A stretch of 64,000 nucleotides of DNA from Lepidodermella squamata (lineage: Eukaryota > Animalia > Gastrotricha). The position numbers and the translations under genes are program-made. The stretch covers positions 248,001-312,000 of the forward strand of contig JBLDXI010000012.1 in NCBI GenBank assembly GCA_047495785.1, in the 5' to 3' direction. Under the pieces are notes generated by a model. That model was not told the origin of the DNA and did not search any database. It saw nothing but the letters and a program-made list of their open reading frames with translations. Each line of letters starts with the position of its first letter. Positions within the stretch are counted from its first letter, which is position 1. Shown here piece by piece: positions 45,689 through 58,186 of this stretch.

Positions 45689-46770
45689 ATGGCCGATTAT
45701 CTATCTCGTTCCGCTAGGGATAGATCTGTGACGCATCGTGTGGATAACTTCGAGTCTATTATAGCAGCCTGGGAATCGTCAATACCTCACTTTGCAGGAG
45801 AATACCGCAGTCAATCTCCGGCAAGAAGTGAGTTTGAAATTGAGCCATCTAACACCGGTCTTAATGTCGTGAGCTCAATAAATACGGCAAGAAAGTCCCC
45901 TGCAACTACCCTCACTAACACGGGATTTCTTCATCGCCATGAGCTATGGTCACCGGCCGTTCGAAGCGAGTCTCCAGATGAATCTATTCCTGAATGTGGC
46001 CCTAGTCCGAGTGTTAGCAATTGTAAATCTGATATGATCACTGATGGTGCCATCGAAAAGATCAACAGACTAGAATGTGAAATTGATGACTTGAGGAGGT
46101 TGATTGCGAAATTAGTTCACGCTCAAGAAGCAGCCGCGGTCGCTACAAAACCGAGATCACCTCTTGCAACTCCTCTGCCGGACATTCCTAATACACCTAC
46201 GTTTCTTGCGCCACCTCCTCCTCCTCCACCTCCACCGGTAAGAAAAAATGTATACTAGCTAGACATTTTTAACATATTTCTGTTTAGCCACCTCCGCCGC
46301 CACCGATGCCTCCAGCAAATTGGCGAACTCCGACTGCAAAATCTAGCACTTCGGTGCCAAATACGGCAGACTCAACCAAGAAACCTGCGCCCTCTCGCAC
46401 AAGGTTCTCGGTCACCGCCAGAGATTTAACCACAGTTCGTCTGAAGAAGATCCAGCGTTCGCCTGGTGGTACTCCACTGAAGGAGAAGCCGGCCGAATCT
46501 GATCCTTCAGACGCAGGAGCATATCTAGCCGCGGTTTTACGGTCGCGTTTTTCCGCCCTGCATGGGACAAGTCCGAGCCCGTCGCCGCGCCAAAGCTGCT
46601 CACCGAACAACGATTTCGACGCTCCGGAAAACATTCCGCCTCCTGCGAATCGCGATAACATTGAGAAAACTCCGATATCGACTATTACTCTTCGGAAGCA
46701 GAATCGTTTGCTCCAAAGCAATTCGATAATGGCCCCTGTCAATGATGCCGACGAATTAAATGTCAATTAG
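45689..46770 (+). CDS. Mitochondrial fission regulator (MTFR1/MTFR2/FAM54) family protein; 5' end uncertain
   Basis: Coiled coil AIEKINRLECEIDDLRRLIAKLV, poly-Pro, VRLKKIQRSPGGTP, DAGAYLAAVLRSRF; phase-0 intron 46238-46287. Confidence 0.75.
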
Positions 46771-47017
46771 CTAGCTCCAAGCCATGATACGTATTATTAT
46801 TGCTCAATTTCAATCTTGTCATGCTTGTTTTAAGCCGGATTTGACAATCTAGTGTATTAATTTCACGGTTTTATCTGAAACAAAATCGATTTTTTGCCTG
46901 CTGCTACGTTTCTTATAGTATTCATTGCCAATGAATTTTTTTGAAATTTCGTTGATTGTTTTCTAGTGTTATTTTTGTAAACTTGTTCGTTCAACTCTAT
47001 GAGAGTTCTGCAAAGAA

Positions 47018-47525
47018 ATGTCTTCGTCATCGCTCCAGCTGTGTTCATCTGCTGATAACGATGCTAAAGCAACTGCTGGCGTTGAAATCCCAAGCTACGA
47101 AGTTTCAACTTCATCGTCAAATGACTCCGCAGTGTCTGGTCCTCCACCTGCCTACCTCGAAACAATTGCTGCAATAAATCTAAGCTTTCAAAATGCTCAA
47201 CCTCAACAACAAGCGCAGTCTCAAAATGTCGAATTTCGATCGCGATCTCAAGAAGTTACATGCACACCGAGCCAAAATTTTGTTGGTAATTGCTATTTAG
47301 CCGAACCGCCTCCCGCTTACAGCTCAATCGTTCTTATAGCAGGAACGTTTGGAGTAAGTAGTCTATTCAAATTTTAGCATTTCTATTTTGGATTTCTTCC
47401 AGGCCGAAGAAGCTGAGCGACGTTTACGATTGCGCCGGCGCAACACATGCGTTGCATTTTTGTCGATATATTTTCTGATTATCTTCCTGATTGTTGCAAT
47501 TTGCGTGGCCAAGCAGTATTTTTGA
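47018..47525 (+). CDS. Small tail-anchored membrane protein with two PPAY motifs, 2 exons
   Basis: Intron 47354-47402; exon 2 reads AEEAERRLRLRRRNTCVAFLSIYFLIIFLIVAICVAKQYF*. Confidence 0.7.
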
Positions 47526-48032
47526 AAATAGAGCTTACCAATCGACTATAAATTACAGATGATTCTTGCAAAGACTAGTCATTAAACAATTGTACGTCCC
47601 ATAAACTGCCGTTGTTCTTTGTTATGTGCACTTTCGCAGAGAAAAAAAAACACGTCCATGTCTTACAGGTGCTTGTTTGTTCCGCTTTGCCATGTTTTGA
47701 GTCGGTTCGCTTTCTATGATATGTAGCCTTTAATTCACACATATCCATACGAGTGCTGCGGATATAATTTTGTATAACATTTTATACGCGAATTTTATCG
47801 ATCAAATTTACCTCATTAAATACGAACACGAATCAATGTGATATTTGGTCTCTGATGTCAGTTTCTATATGAAATGAAAGAATGAAAAATTATTTATTGT
47901 TTATATCTATATTCTCGTTAAGTTTCGCCTGAAAGTCGTCTCTGTACAAGTTCAATTAAAGAATTGACAACAACAATAGCGATGATTAAATTAAACGGCG
48001 TTTTATTTCTTAGGGTTTTTGTGAAACATCGA

Positions 48033-48331
48033 ATGTCCGGCCCACCGCCGCCTTCTTACGAAGAAGTTTGCATTCAACAGCCAAACATCGCGCCTCCGAA
48101 AGTGGAAACAATCAATACAAATTGTCCTACCCAAACTCAACCAATCAATTATCAAGTAAGACTGAAAAAAATTAATGGAATGATGAAATGAAAATATTAA
48201 AAAAATAGGTTGTCGTTGTGCCTCGCAGTGAAAACGCCTTGGCTAGATTTGCTCGGCTTGATAATGAAATGAACGAGATTCTTTGCTGGACAGGTAGCTG
48301 CCTATTATTGTGCTGTCTCCTCAACTGCTGA
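48033..48331 (+). CDS. CYSTM-like protein (divergent), 2 exons
   Basis: MSGPPPPSY start, phase-0 intron 48156-48208, ends LCWTGSCLLLCCLLNC*. Confidence 0.7.
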
Positions 48332-48870
48332 GCAGATGAAACGAGGAGCCGAAATCCGCTCATTTCCAATAATATAAGCTTTTAATGCTCACACTTATAG
48401 TTTAGCTTTCATTCGTAAAACAAGCACGTAGTAGATCTCTCTTACTTTCTTACGCTGCTCACGATCGATTTTACAAACTCTACCTCGATCTAAAATAATT
48501 CTAGCGTGATCAATAAAAAAACTTGTTGTGACTTACCAAAAACAATAAAATCTCATAATTATTTGTGAATTTAATTGGTTTTTAGAATTATTAATAAGCC
48601 GTGATTTAGTTGGACTGGCAACATTCGGCCTCGGCGCTTTGCTTTCAACTTGAAGCAGATTTTTGAGTATGAATTGACAGTTTTTGACAACACCGATGAA
48701 AGCCGGTCTATTTCGGTGCATAAATTTTGAGGTGGGACGAATAGCTGGGTTGGAAAATTCCGTCTATTTATTGCAGCGCGTAAGCCCTAGTTTAATTTTA
48801 TGCGCAGTTTGCAGTCGTTAAAACTACATACCACGCCATCGTTTCATTATTTAATAATATATAAATAATA

Positions 48871-49197
48871 ATGGCGAGTAAAGCTACGACAGCAGCAGAA
48901 TCATCAGCACAATACGCTAAAATCGCGCTAGTAGACGGCAATGACTCACAGGTGTGTGTATTTTTTGTTTTTACGCTGTTACGGTGAATCATGTGTATTT
49001 TTTTTATCGATCGCGCGTGACAGCACACACTTCATTCTTATTTGGAGGCTCAAAAACAGGCTCGCATTGAGCACATGTGGCTGAAAATCGCCATTTGCCT
49101 GCTCGTAGCCGTCACCATAACCGGCGGATTTCTCGGCGCTTCCGTTCATTTCTACTCGCTAGGCCTCGCCAGTTGGGCGAATTCTACTTGTGGCTGA
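48871..49197 (+). CDS. Small single-pass membrane protein (~84 aa), 2 exons
   Basis: ATG 48871, phase-0 intron 48952-49023, hydrophobic segment WLKIAICLLVAVTITGGFLGASV. Confidence 0.6.
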
Positions 49198-49333
49198 ATT
49201 CCAGCCAATATAAAGACCACCTTAAAAAATTATAGGCTTCATTTTTTAACTCATGCGCTTCCCTAACCCTTTTTTATTGGTAGTAAAAATTATTTATAAC
49301 AAACGGTTAATTTTTAGGAATTTTTGAGGAGGA

Positions 49334-49700
49334 ATGGCCGATATTAAACATAACCCCAATGAACCTCCACCTCCATACCAACCACCACCCCAGCAGCATT
49401 CCTATCCTCAACAACCAGTTTACCCTCAACAGCCTGGACAGAATTTTTACCCGGTAGTTCCGCAATATCAATATCAACAACAACAACAGCCTCAGCCTCA
49501 GGTAGGTCGAGAGCTTCAACCATTTCCCAGAGTTGATTAGGGCATTAACTTGTTAGGTTGTTTACGTGACAAATCGGCCTCGTCAAGCTCAGGCTAGTAG
49601 TTCTGATGGAATGTGCCTCGACATGTGCTGCGAGGCTTGCGAATGCATTTGTCTTGCATCTCTATGTGCAGCTTTGTGTTGTGCCTGCTGTGATAACTGA
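49334..49700 (+). CDS. CYSTM family protein, 2 exons
   Basis: P/Q/Y-rich N-terminus with PPPY, intron 49502-49556, ends CCEACECICLASLCAALCCACCDN*. Confidence 0.82.
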
Positions 49701-49713
49701 ATCCAGTACATCT

Positions 49714-49979
49714 TTTAGCGGAGCCAAATATGCATTTGGCGGAACCAAAGTCGAAATATGCCAAGACTCATTTTTGTAATAATTCTACGAATTTTAGGCG
49801 AAGCATGAGTTTTGTATTGAACATTCTGTCTTATAGAGAGCGTTACGCTGAAATTACTGGTGATTTTTTTTAGAATTACTGTGGTCAATCTTGACCCGCT
49901 AGAAATGTCGGAAAAGTGATTTTAGGCCACTAGAAAATTTTAAAATTTGGTTCCGCTACCGTAATTTTGGTTCCGGTAA
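49714..49979. mobile_element. Degenerate MITE-like element
   Basis: Doubled GCGGA(G/A)CCAAA at the left end and doubled TTTGGTTCCG at the right end, in inverted orientation. Confidence 0.45.
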
Positions 49980-50202
49980 TAGGAGGACCCAATTGAATCT
50001 CTCGCAATATTTATCTCTTTTGAGAAGAACTTCTCATTTCCAGTTGCTGTTTTTTCTGATATTTATAGAAATCAAAGTTTGATATTTTTACGGCTTACGT
50101 TTTTACTGCTGCCTTGGAATAAAATTCATAATTTGTTGTATAGAATTTTTAGTTTAATTCCCTTTTTGTTGGGTTTTTTTAGCTTTTAAATTAAAAACTA
50201 AA

Positions 50203-50616
50203 ATGTCAGCCCCTCCGCCGCCTTATGGCGCCCCGCCTGCCTATGGCTACGGTCAGCAACCACCTGTTGCACCGGGCTACGGCCAGCCCGTGTACCCGGC
50301 TCAGCCCGGCTATCCAGCCCAACCCGGTTACCCGCAACAGCCCGGCTATCCGCACCAGCCGATGATGTACCAGCAAGGCATGATGCCCGGCCCTCAGTAT
50401 TACCAAGCCGTTCCTGCGCAACCTCAGGTTTGTCGAGAACCAAGATCGAAAATGTGTGAAAAATTGACTTGTTTTTTTTTGTTGCAGCAAGTTATTTATG
50501 TAAACGACGCGCATCATCACTACAATCGAGGCGCGGATGATTGCTGCGACTGTCTTTGCCTCTCGGCTTGCCTCGCTTTGCTGTGCTGTTGTTGCCTGGG
50601 CGGGCACGATTGCTAA
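50203..50616 (+). CDS. CYSTM1-like protein, 2 exons
   Basis: PPPPY, PGYPxQ repeats, C-terminal CLSACLALLCCCCLG; in-frame stop-free intron 50428-50487. Confidence 0.87.
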   Translation: MSAPPPPYGAPPAYGYGQQPPVAPGYGQPVYPAQPGYPAQPGYPQQPGYPHQPMMYQQGMMPGPQYYQAVPAQPQVCREPRSKMCEKLTCFFLLQQVIYVNDAHHHYNRGADDCCDCLCLSACLALLCCCCLGGHDC

Positions 50617-51127
50617 AGGAAGCAGCATTGTCATAATTTTAGAAGAAAAGTATTTTTATTTATTTAAAAAGTTTTGCTTCTGTCGGTGGCTGTGAATCTT
50701 TTCACCACCCTACTCTGATTGTTTTAGCTGAAACATAATAATAATACTATTTTGAGACACCCGTGATTCTTTTTCATCCAAATTGAATCTTGCTACCCAA
50801 TAATTGAATGTGCTCTCCACGGTGCGCGATCTTCACGATGATCTAAGTCTGACCAAACGTTTTGTAAATATATGATAATCATAATATCAATTTCCTTGTT
50901 TGTTACTGTCATGAGGGGAAAATCTGCAATTGTGTTAAACGTCGGCTATCTTTGCAAAGTTTACGTTACTGCTTCCTGTATTTCAAAATACCACGCGGAA
51001 CAACATTCAAAAATGAAAAAAAATAAACGACTGAAGCAATTTTTTGTATGTTCGTATATTTCATAGATTTGTTTCGAAAATTTTTATCAGATTATTACCC
51101 CGATTTTCAAGGCGGTTACTTAGCACA

Positions 51128-53765
51128 ATGTCACCGAAAACTGCGCTGGTTTTACTCGCTGAAGGTTCCGAAGAGATGGAATTCACTATCACCGCCGATG
51201 TGTTACGCCGCGCTGAGGTAATTAGCGATAAAAACTGCGAATTTTGCAGAAAAATCTGACACCTGTAGATTTTGTTAAGGTGGACGTAACTGTTGCTGGT
51301 TTGGCTGGCCCTGATGTCGTGAAGTGCAGCCGTGGCGTCTTTATCAAGCCAGACGTCAGTTTGAGTGAGGCGACAGCAAATGGGAAACATTACGATATTG
51401 TCATTCTACCCGGCGGTTTGAAGGGCGCTCAGTCATTTGCCGATGTGAGATTTTTTTATTGACCAAGTTTGATTGTTAAAATGGGTTTCAATTTCAGTCG
51501 GCTGAAGTTGGCAAAATTTTGAAGAATCAGCAAGACTCAAATCGTCTGATTGGTGCTATCTGCGCAGGTAATTACCACTTGGTTCTTTAACATATTTCAA
51601 GAAAAAGATTCTGTCTCAAAAGTTGCGGAACCTTTTTCCATTTGCAATTTAGCTGTTTTTATTATAAATTCGCAAATTTGCCCCAAATTGTATCACCGTA
51701 GAACTGCGCCTCTCAAACAGTGGGTCGCTGCCCTTTTTCCGGTGGTTGCTGAGCCAGCTCGGGGCCGCCTGATGATTCTGATGAACCTGCCGAATTCCGG
51801 AGAATTCGGTTCATTTTATGGCCTTCCTTTCAGTAAATTCTAAATAAATAGCGTGAGCTAAAGCTCGCGTCCCTCGGTACCTGACTGAAAACGCCGAGCT
51901 CATGTAGAATTTTCATGTGTCTAATTTGGGTAATATTTATAATATTAATGAATTGGACGCAGTTTCGGAAGTTTTACCACAAAAGTTGGGACAATTTACC
52001 ATTTCGGACTAAGTCGATACGTTCAAGGAGGATGTTAAGTGGCCGATGTTTCGCTTTATTTATTAAACCTCAGGGCAATCAGTTTGATATTAGGCCTAAG
52101 CAACAATTGACTGGTGGCACATAGGCCAACCCGTGTTCGCAGCGAATCGGAACGCCTTCATCGGCCACGCCTGTGGATCTTTTTTTTGAGGAGAAACGAG
52201 TAGGTATGCATCGAGAACAATAAGGAGGTGGCGGACCCGGTCGAGAGCCGTATAGGCGTTCAGGGCCTGCAGCTGGTCCTCGGCACTCGGGACCTCGTCG
52301 AACGTCGAGCAGGCGACGGTCGCCAAATGGGAACGGAGCCTCGCCGGGGCCGTCGCCGGCACCTGGAAGGTTTTGACGAGCTCCAGGAGGCGTCCCTCTT
52401 CTTGCGGAGACAGACGGCCAAGAACTCGAAGAAGCATTCGTCGGCCGCAGTGATGTACTGCGGACCAGAAAAAGCCCAACCGCTGTAATCCGGAGCTGGG
52501 GGAGCCATCACCGCAGCTTTGGCGGCGGAGCATCAATAGAGAGCGAGAACCTCTTGAAACAGCTGGCGCGTATCGACGCCGGTGTCAGTAGTCCGCGGCT
52601 GCCTATTGGCAAATTGTTTCTTAACAGTTTTAGCTGAAATCTAACCAGACAATAAAACATCTAGGATGTTACATAGGAGATTATCACTATTCTGCATTTC
52701 CTGCATTTCCATTTGGTATTTTACCGGGTTAGACCGCACTTCTCGTGATTTTCTATCCTGTTTTTAAGTCTCACATCCTTAAGAAAGAGCCTCTTCCTTG
52801 AGACTTTTTCTTATCTTTTTCCATGTATTACAATTAGCTGGCGTTTTTGGACACCTATTAGGAGGCTAGTAGGAGCCTTTGCACTTCTCCATAGCGAAAA
52901 TCGTCGACGGAGACCGGCGGAAGGCGCGGGTCACTCCCCCATCGAAAAACTGTTTTTCAAAACTTCAATTAGATGATTCATGGATGACTATGGAAGGCGT
53001 TGAAATTGAGACTCATAATAAACTGGAGTTTAAGAAATCGAGTCTCCGAGGTTTCAAGTTACTAAGGCGTGACTACGGCGCAAATCGGCGATTAATCACC
53101 CACATGAGACAAAACATGGGAAAATTAACCAAAATTCGTTTCAAAATCGCTGCTATCTCAACATGCTGATAAACTGCTAAATTTTATAGTCCATTTTAAA
53201 TACCTAGAACTTTTAACCCATTTCGACAACTATTTTCGAATGCCCGATTCAGATCTGAAGCTGGCGAACCCAATGAGCAATACTCGGAAATGTCCCAAAA
53301 TTGAAATGACATCACCCTGTTATTTATTTGAGACTGATGTAATTTAAGGGCAGTGTGATAATTGGTCGGAATCTAGGTATATAAGAAAATTACAAAGGCA
53401 TAGTTGTTTTCATTCTTTTTGAAGCAACCTAGTTGTGTCCCAAAATTCAATTTGCAGGGGCGTTTTTATGAATCCTAGTTTTTATGTTAGATCTAATGAA
53501 TTTCCATCTTTTTTTAGCTCCTGCTCTGGCGTTCCCCGCGCACAAAATCGCGGAAGGAAAGGCGGTGACCAGTTTCCCGGGACTGAAGGACAAGCTAGCA
53601 TCGCTGCCCGCCTACAAGTACAGCGAGGAGCGGGTCGTTATCGACGGCAACATCATCACAAGCCGCGGCCCAGGCACCACTTTCGAATTCGCGCTGGCGA
53701 TAGTCGGCCAGCTGCTAGGCGCCGAAAAAGTCGCGCCCCTTCACGACGCGATGCTGCTAAAATGA
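51128..53765 (+). CDS. PARK7: DJ-1/PARK7 (ThiJ/PfpI family), 4 exons: 51128-51217, 51280-51444, 51498-51567, 53518-53765
   Basis: ALVLLAEGSEEME, YDIVILPGGLKGA, catalytic AICAAP across the exon 3/4 junction, ITSRGPGTTFEFAL. Confidence 0.93.
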
Positions 53766-54225
53766 ATTGAAAAAAGTGAAATGAAATAAAACTTGAAAAA
53801 AAAAACGATTGACGAAGGCGCAAAAGTTGGCGCGTGATCCCTAGATAATCTTCCCAGTATATATTGTATTTTTCTCGCGAGTTCATTCATGTGTTAATTT
53901 CGCCGGTGAAATCTGATTTCCCCGCATCTTTCACTCTTCGATAGTTAATTTTTTTCTGTCGAATAAAATTCGGTTTCACGCGGGCGCAGTGTTTTTTCTT
54001 CTTGTTTCATCAGATTGAAAAACAAATCAAACGTCCGGCATTTACCACCATGTTTTTTTCATAAGTTTTCTGAGAAGAAAATAAGCCCTATTAATCCTTT
54101 GTCAGGGGCAATTAGCGTCATGTTCCAGTTTCAATCACGTTCGCACCCGTGACTCTGACGGCCCAATTTCACACGTTTCAGATAGAAAAAAATCGCTATT
54201 TTTTTAGGTCTTTTGTGCTGTGATT

Positions 54226-54630
54226 ATGAAGCTCTCAGCTGCTTTGATAGTGCTGGTTTCGTTGTCCATTGCGGCTGTTGCGGGCTCTAATGGTTATGGC
54301 GGAGGAAAATTTGGTAAAATGATGAATGTGGCTGCTCCGGCCGGTTACAACGTAGATTCCGGACGTGGGGACGCCAAGGTTCGCCCGCCGTGGACGATCA
54401 CTCGAAATTTCGTGAACAAGCACAAAGATACAGGCAAGCCGCTGGTTGAATTCGACCCAGAAACGACGATGCACCTGCGCGAATTGATGATGAAGTGGAA
54501 GGCATTTGAGCCGATGGCTGCCAACACCGTGGCGATTACAACAACCCCGGAACCGAAGCATGAGCACCTGTCTTCGAACAACTTCATCTACATGCGAGCT
54601 ATGATGCAGCCGCATCGAGCACGACAATAG
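54226..54630 (+). CDS. Small secreted protein (~134 aa)
   Basis: First ATG at 54226, signal peptide ending ..AVAG, no Cys. Confidence 0.76.
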   Translation: MKLSAALIVLVSLSIAAVAGSNGYGGGKFGKMMNVAAPAGYNVDSGRGDAKVRPPWTITRNFVNKHKDTGKPLVEFDPETTMHLRELMMKWKAFEPMAANTVAITTTPEPKHEHLSSNNFIYMRAMMQPHRARQ

Positions 54631-54900
54631 AAACTTTATATGTAGATATCATTCATTTGGCTCAACAAAATTAATCGCATGAAATTTTGTGAGACAATTT
54701 GGCTGGTTCTGATAGAGTTTTGATAATCATTTTGTCAAGTACATATTGATCAAATTATTCTTTAGCATAGCTTTGAGGGTAAAGAGTACCTAAGCTTCAG
54801 ATTTTAGGAGAAGAAAAAAAAAGAATTTTTTGCTTATAAAACCGAGAAATCTTTTTCTGAAATTCAGCAGAAAATCGAATGTTAGAAGCGTCAACTGAGA

Positions 54901-54968
54901 TGCCAAAGTCACCCCATTTCGGCAGGTCAAAGTGACCCCACTGCCTTTTTAAGTCACCCAGTTGACGG
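54901..54968. mobile_element. Solo terminal repeat of the pogo/Tc1-mariner-like MITE family seen at 58610-59228
   Basis: CAAAGTCACCCC subrepeats ending GTTGACGG then TA; partner terminus not found. Confidence 0.5.
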
Positions 54969-55381
54969 TAGGCCTAACAGAGACATTGATGTCTGCTTCA
55001 AGTCCATTCTTCTGTCTGTTCAAGATCAGTCTATTTTTTGCCGCGTTGTCGGAATTTGTTTGAAATTCATACCTATAGGCACGTGATGGTGGGTCGCTGC
55101 GGTTTTAAGGTGTTGTTTTCAGCCAGGAAATAATAATTCTCACTCTAGCGGCCCGATAAGCTATTAGCTAAAAGGTGGTGTTCAAGTGAGGAAGTTTCGT
55201 TTCGATAGTAAATCCACGCGTTTTTCTGAATCAACCGGCGATTTCGGAGGCGTTTCACAATTTAACATCGCATATCCGCAGCAGACATGATGGATGTTAG
55301 GGATGTCATGTCTTAACGTTGCTATATAAGCGATCGCAGTGATCATATCAAAACAAGCCATTACAACGCCAAGTCAGAACC

Positions 55382-55885
55382 ATGCATTTTCTCGCAAGCT
55401 ATTCAGCTATTGTCGTGACTTTCGTAGTTATCACGAACAGCGGTGTCGATGGCATGGCAGGGTGGCACGACTGGAAGGACGAAAAACTAGATTCCATTGA
55501 TGTCCACGAAACCGTTGCAGCGACAAAGCCACCTGCTGGAATCCGTCTTAAAGCTCCACTCAAATCACGGCGTCGTTTGCTGAGCGAAAAAGTGCAAAAT
55601 CGTTTGCGAGAAATTATTCCGAAAATCGCTGACGGCAGCTCGGCAGCTTCCAAGATGGATGCAAAGCTCATGGCTCTTATGACGTCACTCAAGCTGCCTA
55701 AGACTCTCGACGGGGTTTGGTACGTTTCGCCAATGCGGGCGTCTTTGAGCAAGGCCGAGAAAAGCAACAAAGTTGGCGAGCTGATAAACGCGAAAAAGCC
55801 GTGGCTGCTATGGCAGGAGCATGACACGCCTGCAACGTCACCTTCAGATAGTCGCGAAAATCATGCAATAATTGACAAAAAATGA
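55382..55885 (+). CDS. Secreted protein (167 aa), paralog of 57357-57779
   Basis: Signal peptide ending ..GVDG, TATATAA near 55323, KLPxxLxGxW and KPWxxWQEHDTP motifs. Confidence 0.82.
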   Translation: MHFLASYSAIVVTFVVITNSGVDGMAGWHDWKDEKLDSIDVHETVAATKPPAGIRLKAPLKSRRRLLSEKVQNRLREIIPKIADGSSAASKMDAKLMALMTSLKLPKTLDGVWYVSPMRASLSKAEKSNKVGELINAKKPWLLWQEHDTPATSPSDSRENHAIIDKK

Positions 55886-57356
55886 CATTTTTACTAAAAG
55901 GTCATTATTCTGCTTTCTTTAAATTATTGAAGATTGAAGCGTTGAAGAGTTAATTTCCAGAATAAAGATTGTTATAACCAAATGACCACATTTTTTTACT
56001 CTTCATCCACCTGTGATGGTATAATTCGGATGTTCGCAGGTCACCAAAATCGTCCTTTGAATTTTTATTAATTATTTTGCTTTCATTAATTGAGAAAAAA
56101 ATATTTTAATGTAAATTTTTGGAAAAGGAAATAGTGATTTGCCGCGGACCAAGACCCCCGAAATAGCCCACAATTGCGCAATTTTGGGGGTCCTGAGGCA
56201 TTTATTTCTATTTGAGCCCATCCCCAGCCGACCCGTGAGACGCACGCAAAGAAAAGGTACAATTTGGGTGAATTGGGCGAATTGGGAATTTGAATTTTTC
56301 ACGAAAAATAGCTAGAGCTGGTGCATTTTTATGATTGCTCATCACCCTTTATTAGTTGGCAGCTTGGAGAAATATGGTATCAGATTTTGGCGTTTCATTT
56401 TCGTTGATAAAAATTAAAGTGAAAAAGGTGTACAAGAAAGTACAACAAGAGGCGTTTCCACTTCTTATTATCTGTTGTCTGTTGTCTCTCCTCGAAAATC
56501 ACGTACTCAGACTGACCTGAATCTTAACAGGATTATGGACGGAAGCTCCATTATCACTGACTGGGTCGATGATGCTTAAAAGCATGTTAAAAAAGGAAAA
56601 ATGATTCGCATGCGAGACGGACGACGGACACATGAACCCCTGAAATGCTCTTTGATTAACGCATTGAATACTGCGAGTGACGGTCACTTTGTGTTGAAAC
56701 ATCGGAAGAAGGAGGACCTGTATCGTTGATATGGCTTGTGGCGGTTCGCGAATACATGATGCTTAGTTCATTTTTCATTAAGGATGAAATAGCGCGTCAT
56801 TCACACCATCAGAGCAAAAAATAATAGATCTGCGCAGCGACGAGTCGCCCCCGGAATTTCCGATGGGGAAAGCAAGCGGTCATACCCCAGGGGTGATATT
56901 GTTTTTTCCATAATTATTTCTGATGCTTTTTTATCTGTTTATCAATTTGTTGTCATGAATGCTGAGATCAGCTGATGCACCTGAAACGGTCATAATTTTA
57001 CTCGAAAATTTGCATTAGCCAAATTAGTCTCGATGTCGATAACGTCATTCTAAACAAACAAACCCTTGGCTTTGAACATTTTACACTGGAATCTTGGCGA
57101 ATTTGTGACGACAGCCATCTATATTTTAGGGAAATGAGCTAATCGGGGGCGTGTCGCCATTCAATGCCTCAGTAAGACCACGTGATGTGCTCATCATGTA
57201 AATATTTCCTTGAACATTTCCCAGGCTGCGCGTAAATCCGCCTTTAAATTCCGCCGGAAAAAAACTTTTTCCGATATAGCCAGGTGACCGTTATCTGTTT
57301 CTGCAACAATAATTGTTTGACAGAAATTTTAGGAAATTTTGTTGGAAATTTTACAA

Positions 57357-57779
57357 ATGCATTTCATACTCTCGATTGGCTTGTTGGCAATGGCAATGGT
57401 CATTTCAGCATCAGCTTTTGGTGCGCTTACCGATCTCAACGATGAAATGTTGGTGATTTCGGCAGGCCCGGAGGACAACATTCCTCTGTTGCGAACATCA
57501 AACAGACGCACGGCAAAACAACTGCGCCTGTTAGCACCGAACAAGAATGGTGAAAACACTGCTGAGGCAGAAGACCAGCTACAACGCGTACTTTCGTCGT
57601 ACAAACTGCCGCAGCAATTGAGCGGCCGTTGGAAGTTCAAGCCTATTCGCAACGAGATGACTGAATTGGAGCAAACGAGTCCGGCGATTGACGTTATTCG
57701 TGCCGGTAAGCCGTGGGTGATGTGGCAGGAACATGACACCCCGAATGGAATTTATACCGACAGCGATGAGAAAAAATGA
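57357..57779 (+). CDS. Secreted protein (~140 aa), paralog of 55382-55885
   Basis: First ATG at 57357, signal peptide ending ..SAFG, same conserved motifs. Confidence 0.82.
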   Translation: MHFILSIGLLAMAMVISASAFGALTDLNDEMLVISAGPEDNIPLLRTSNRRTAKQLRLLAPNKNGENTAEAEDQLQRVLSSYKLPQQLSGRWKFKPIRNEMTELEQTSPAIDVIRAGKPWVMWQEHDTPNGIYTDSDEKK

Positions 57780-58186
57780 GACTTGAGTCCAATTTATAGT
57801 AACAAAAGCCCTATTTTGATTTTTTTGTGTTAAAAATAGTAATATTTCATTTGAATTTTCAGTGGAAAATAAATTGAAACTGGAAAATGCAGACTGTTTG
57901 TCACGTGCAATCTTAGACGGCTGGCCTTTCTTCTTGAACTCCTTTGTTTACCTAGACTAGTAGTAGCATAATTAGGCACTGCCGGCGTTTAATTAGCCTG
58001 ATGACCGGTCGTAAAACGGTAGACCTGTCTCGCAGATTGTAATCAAACAATAGAGACACTTGTCAAACTTGTCAAATTCAGTTCAGGTCATCAATGTTAG
58101 AGAAACGTGCTGGTTTCATCTTGCTTTCATCAATCATATCGCAAAACGGTGTTCCGACGTTTTCGTAACAATTTTACATCCTCAAA

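Noticed and set aside
51044-51127. Arg/Leu/Ser-rich in-frame extension upstream of DJ-1 resembling a mitochondrial transit peptide
   Set aside because: No in-frame ATG (TTG start) and no convincing upstream coding exon; cannot be supported without transcripts
52096-52536. Assignment of the intronic ORF to a hAT transposase
   Set aside because: Only a vague resemblance to the W..ML.R..LS.EE region; no catalytic motifs or TIRs identified
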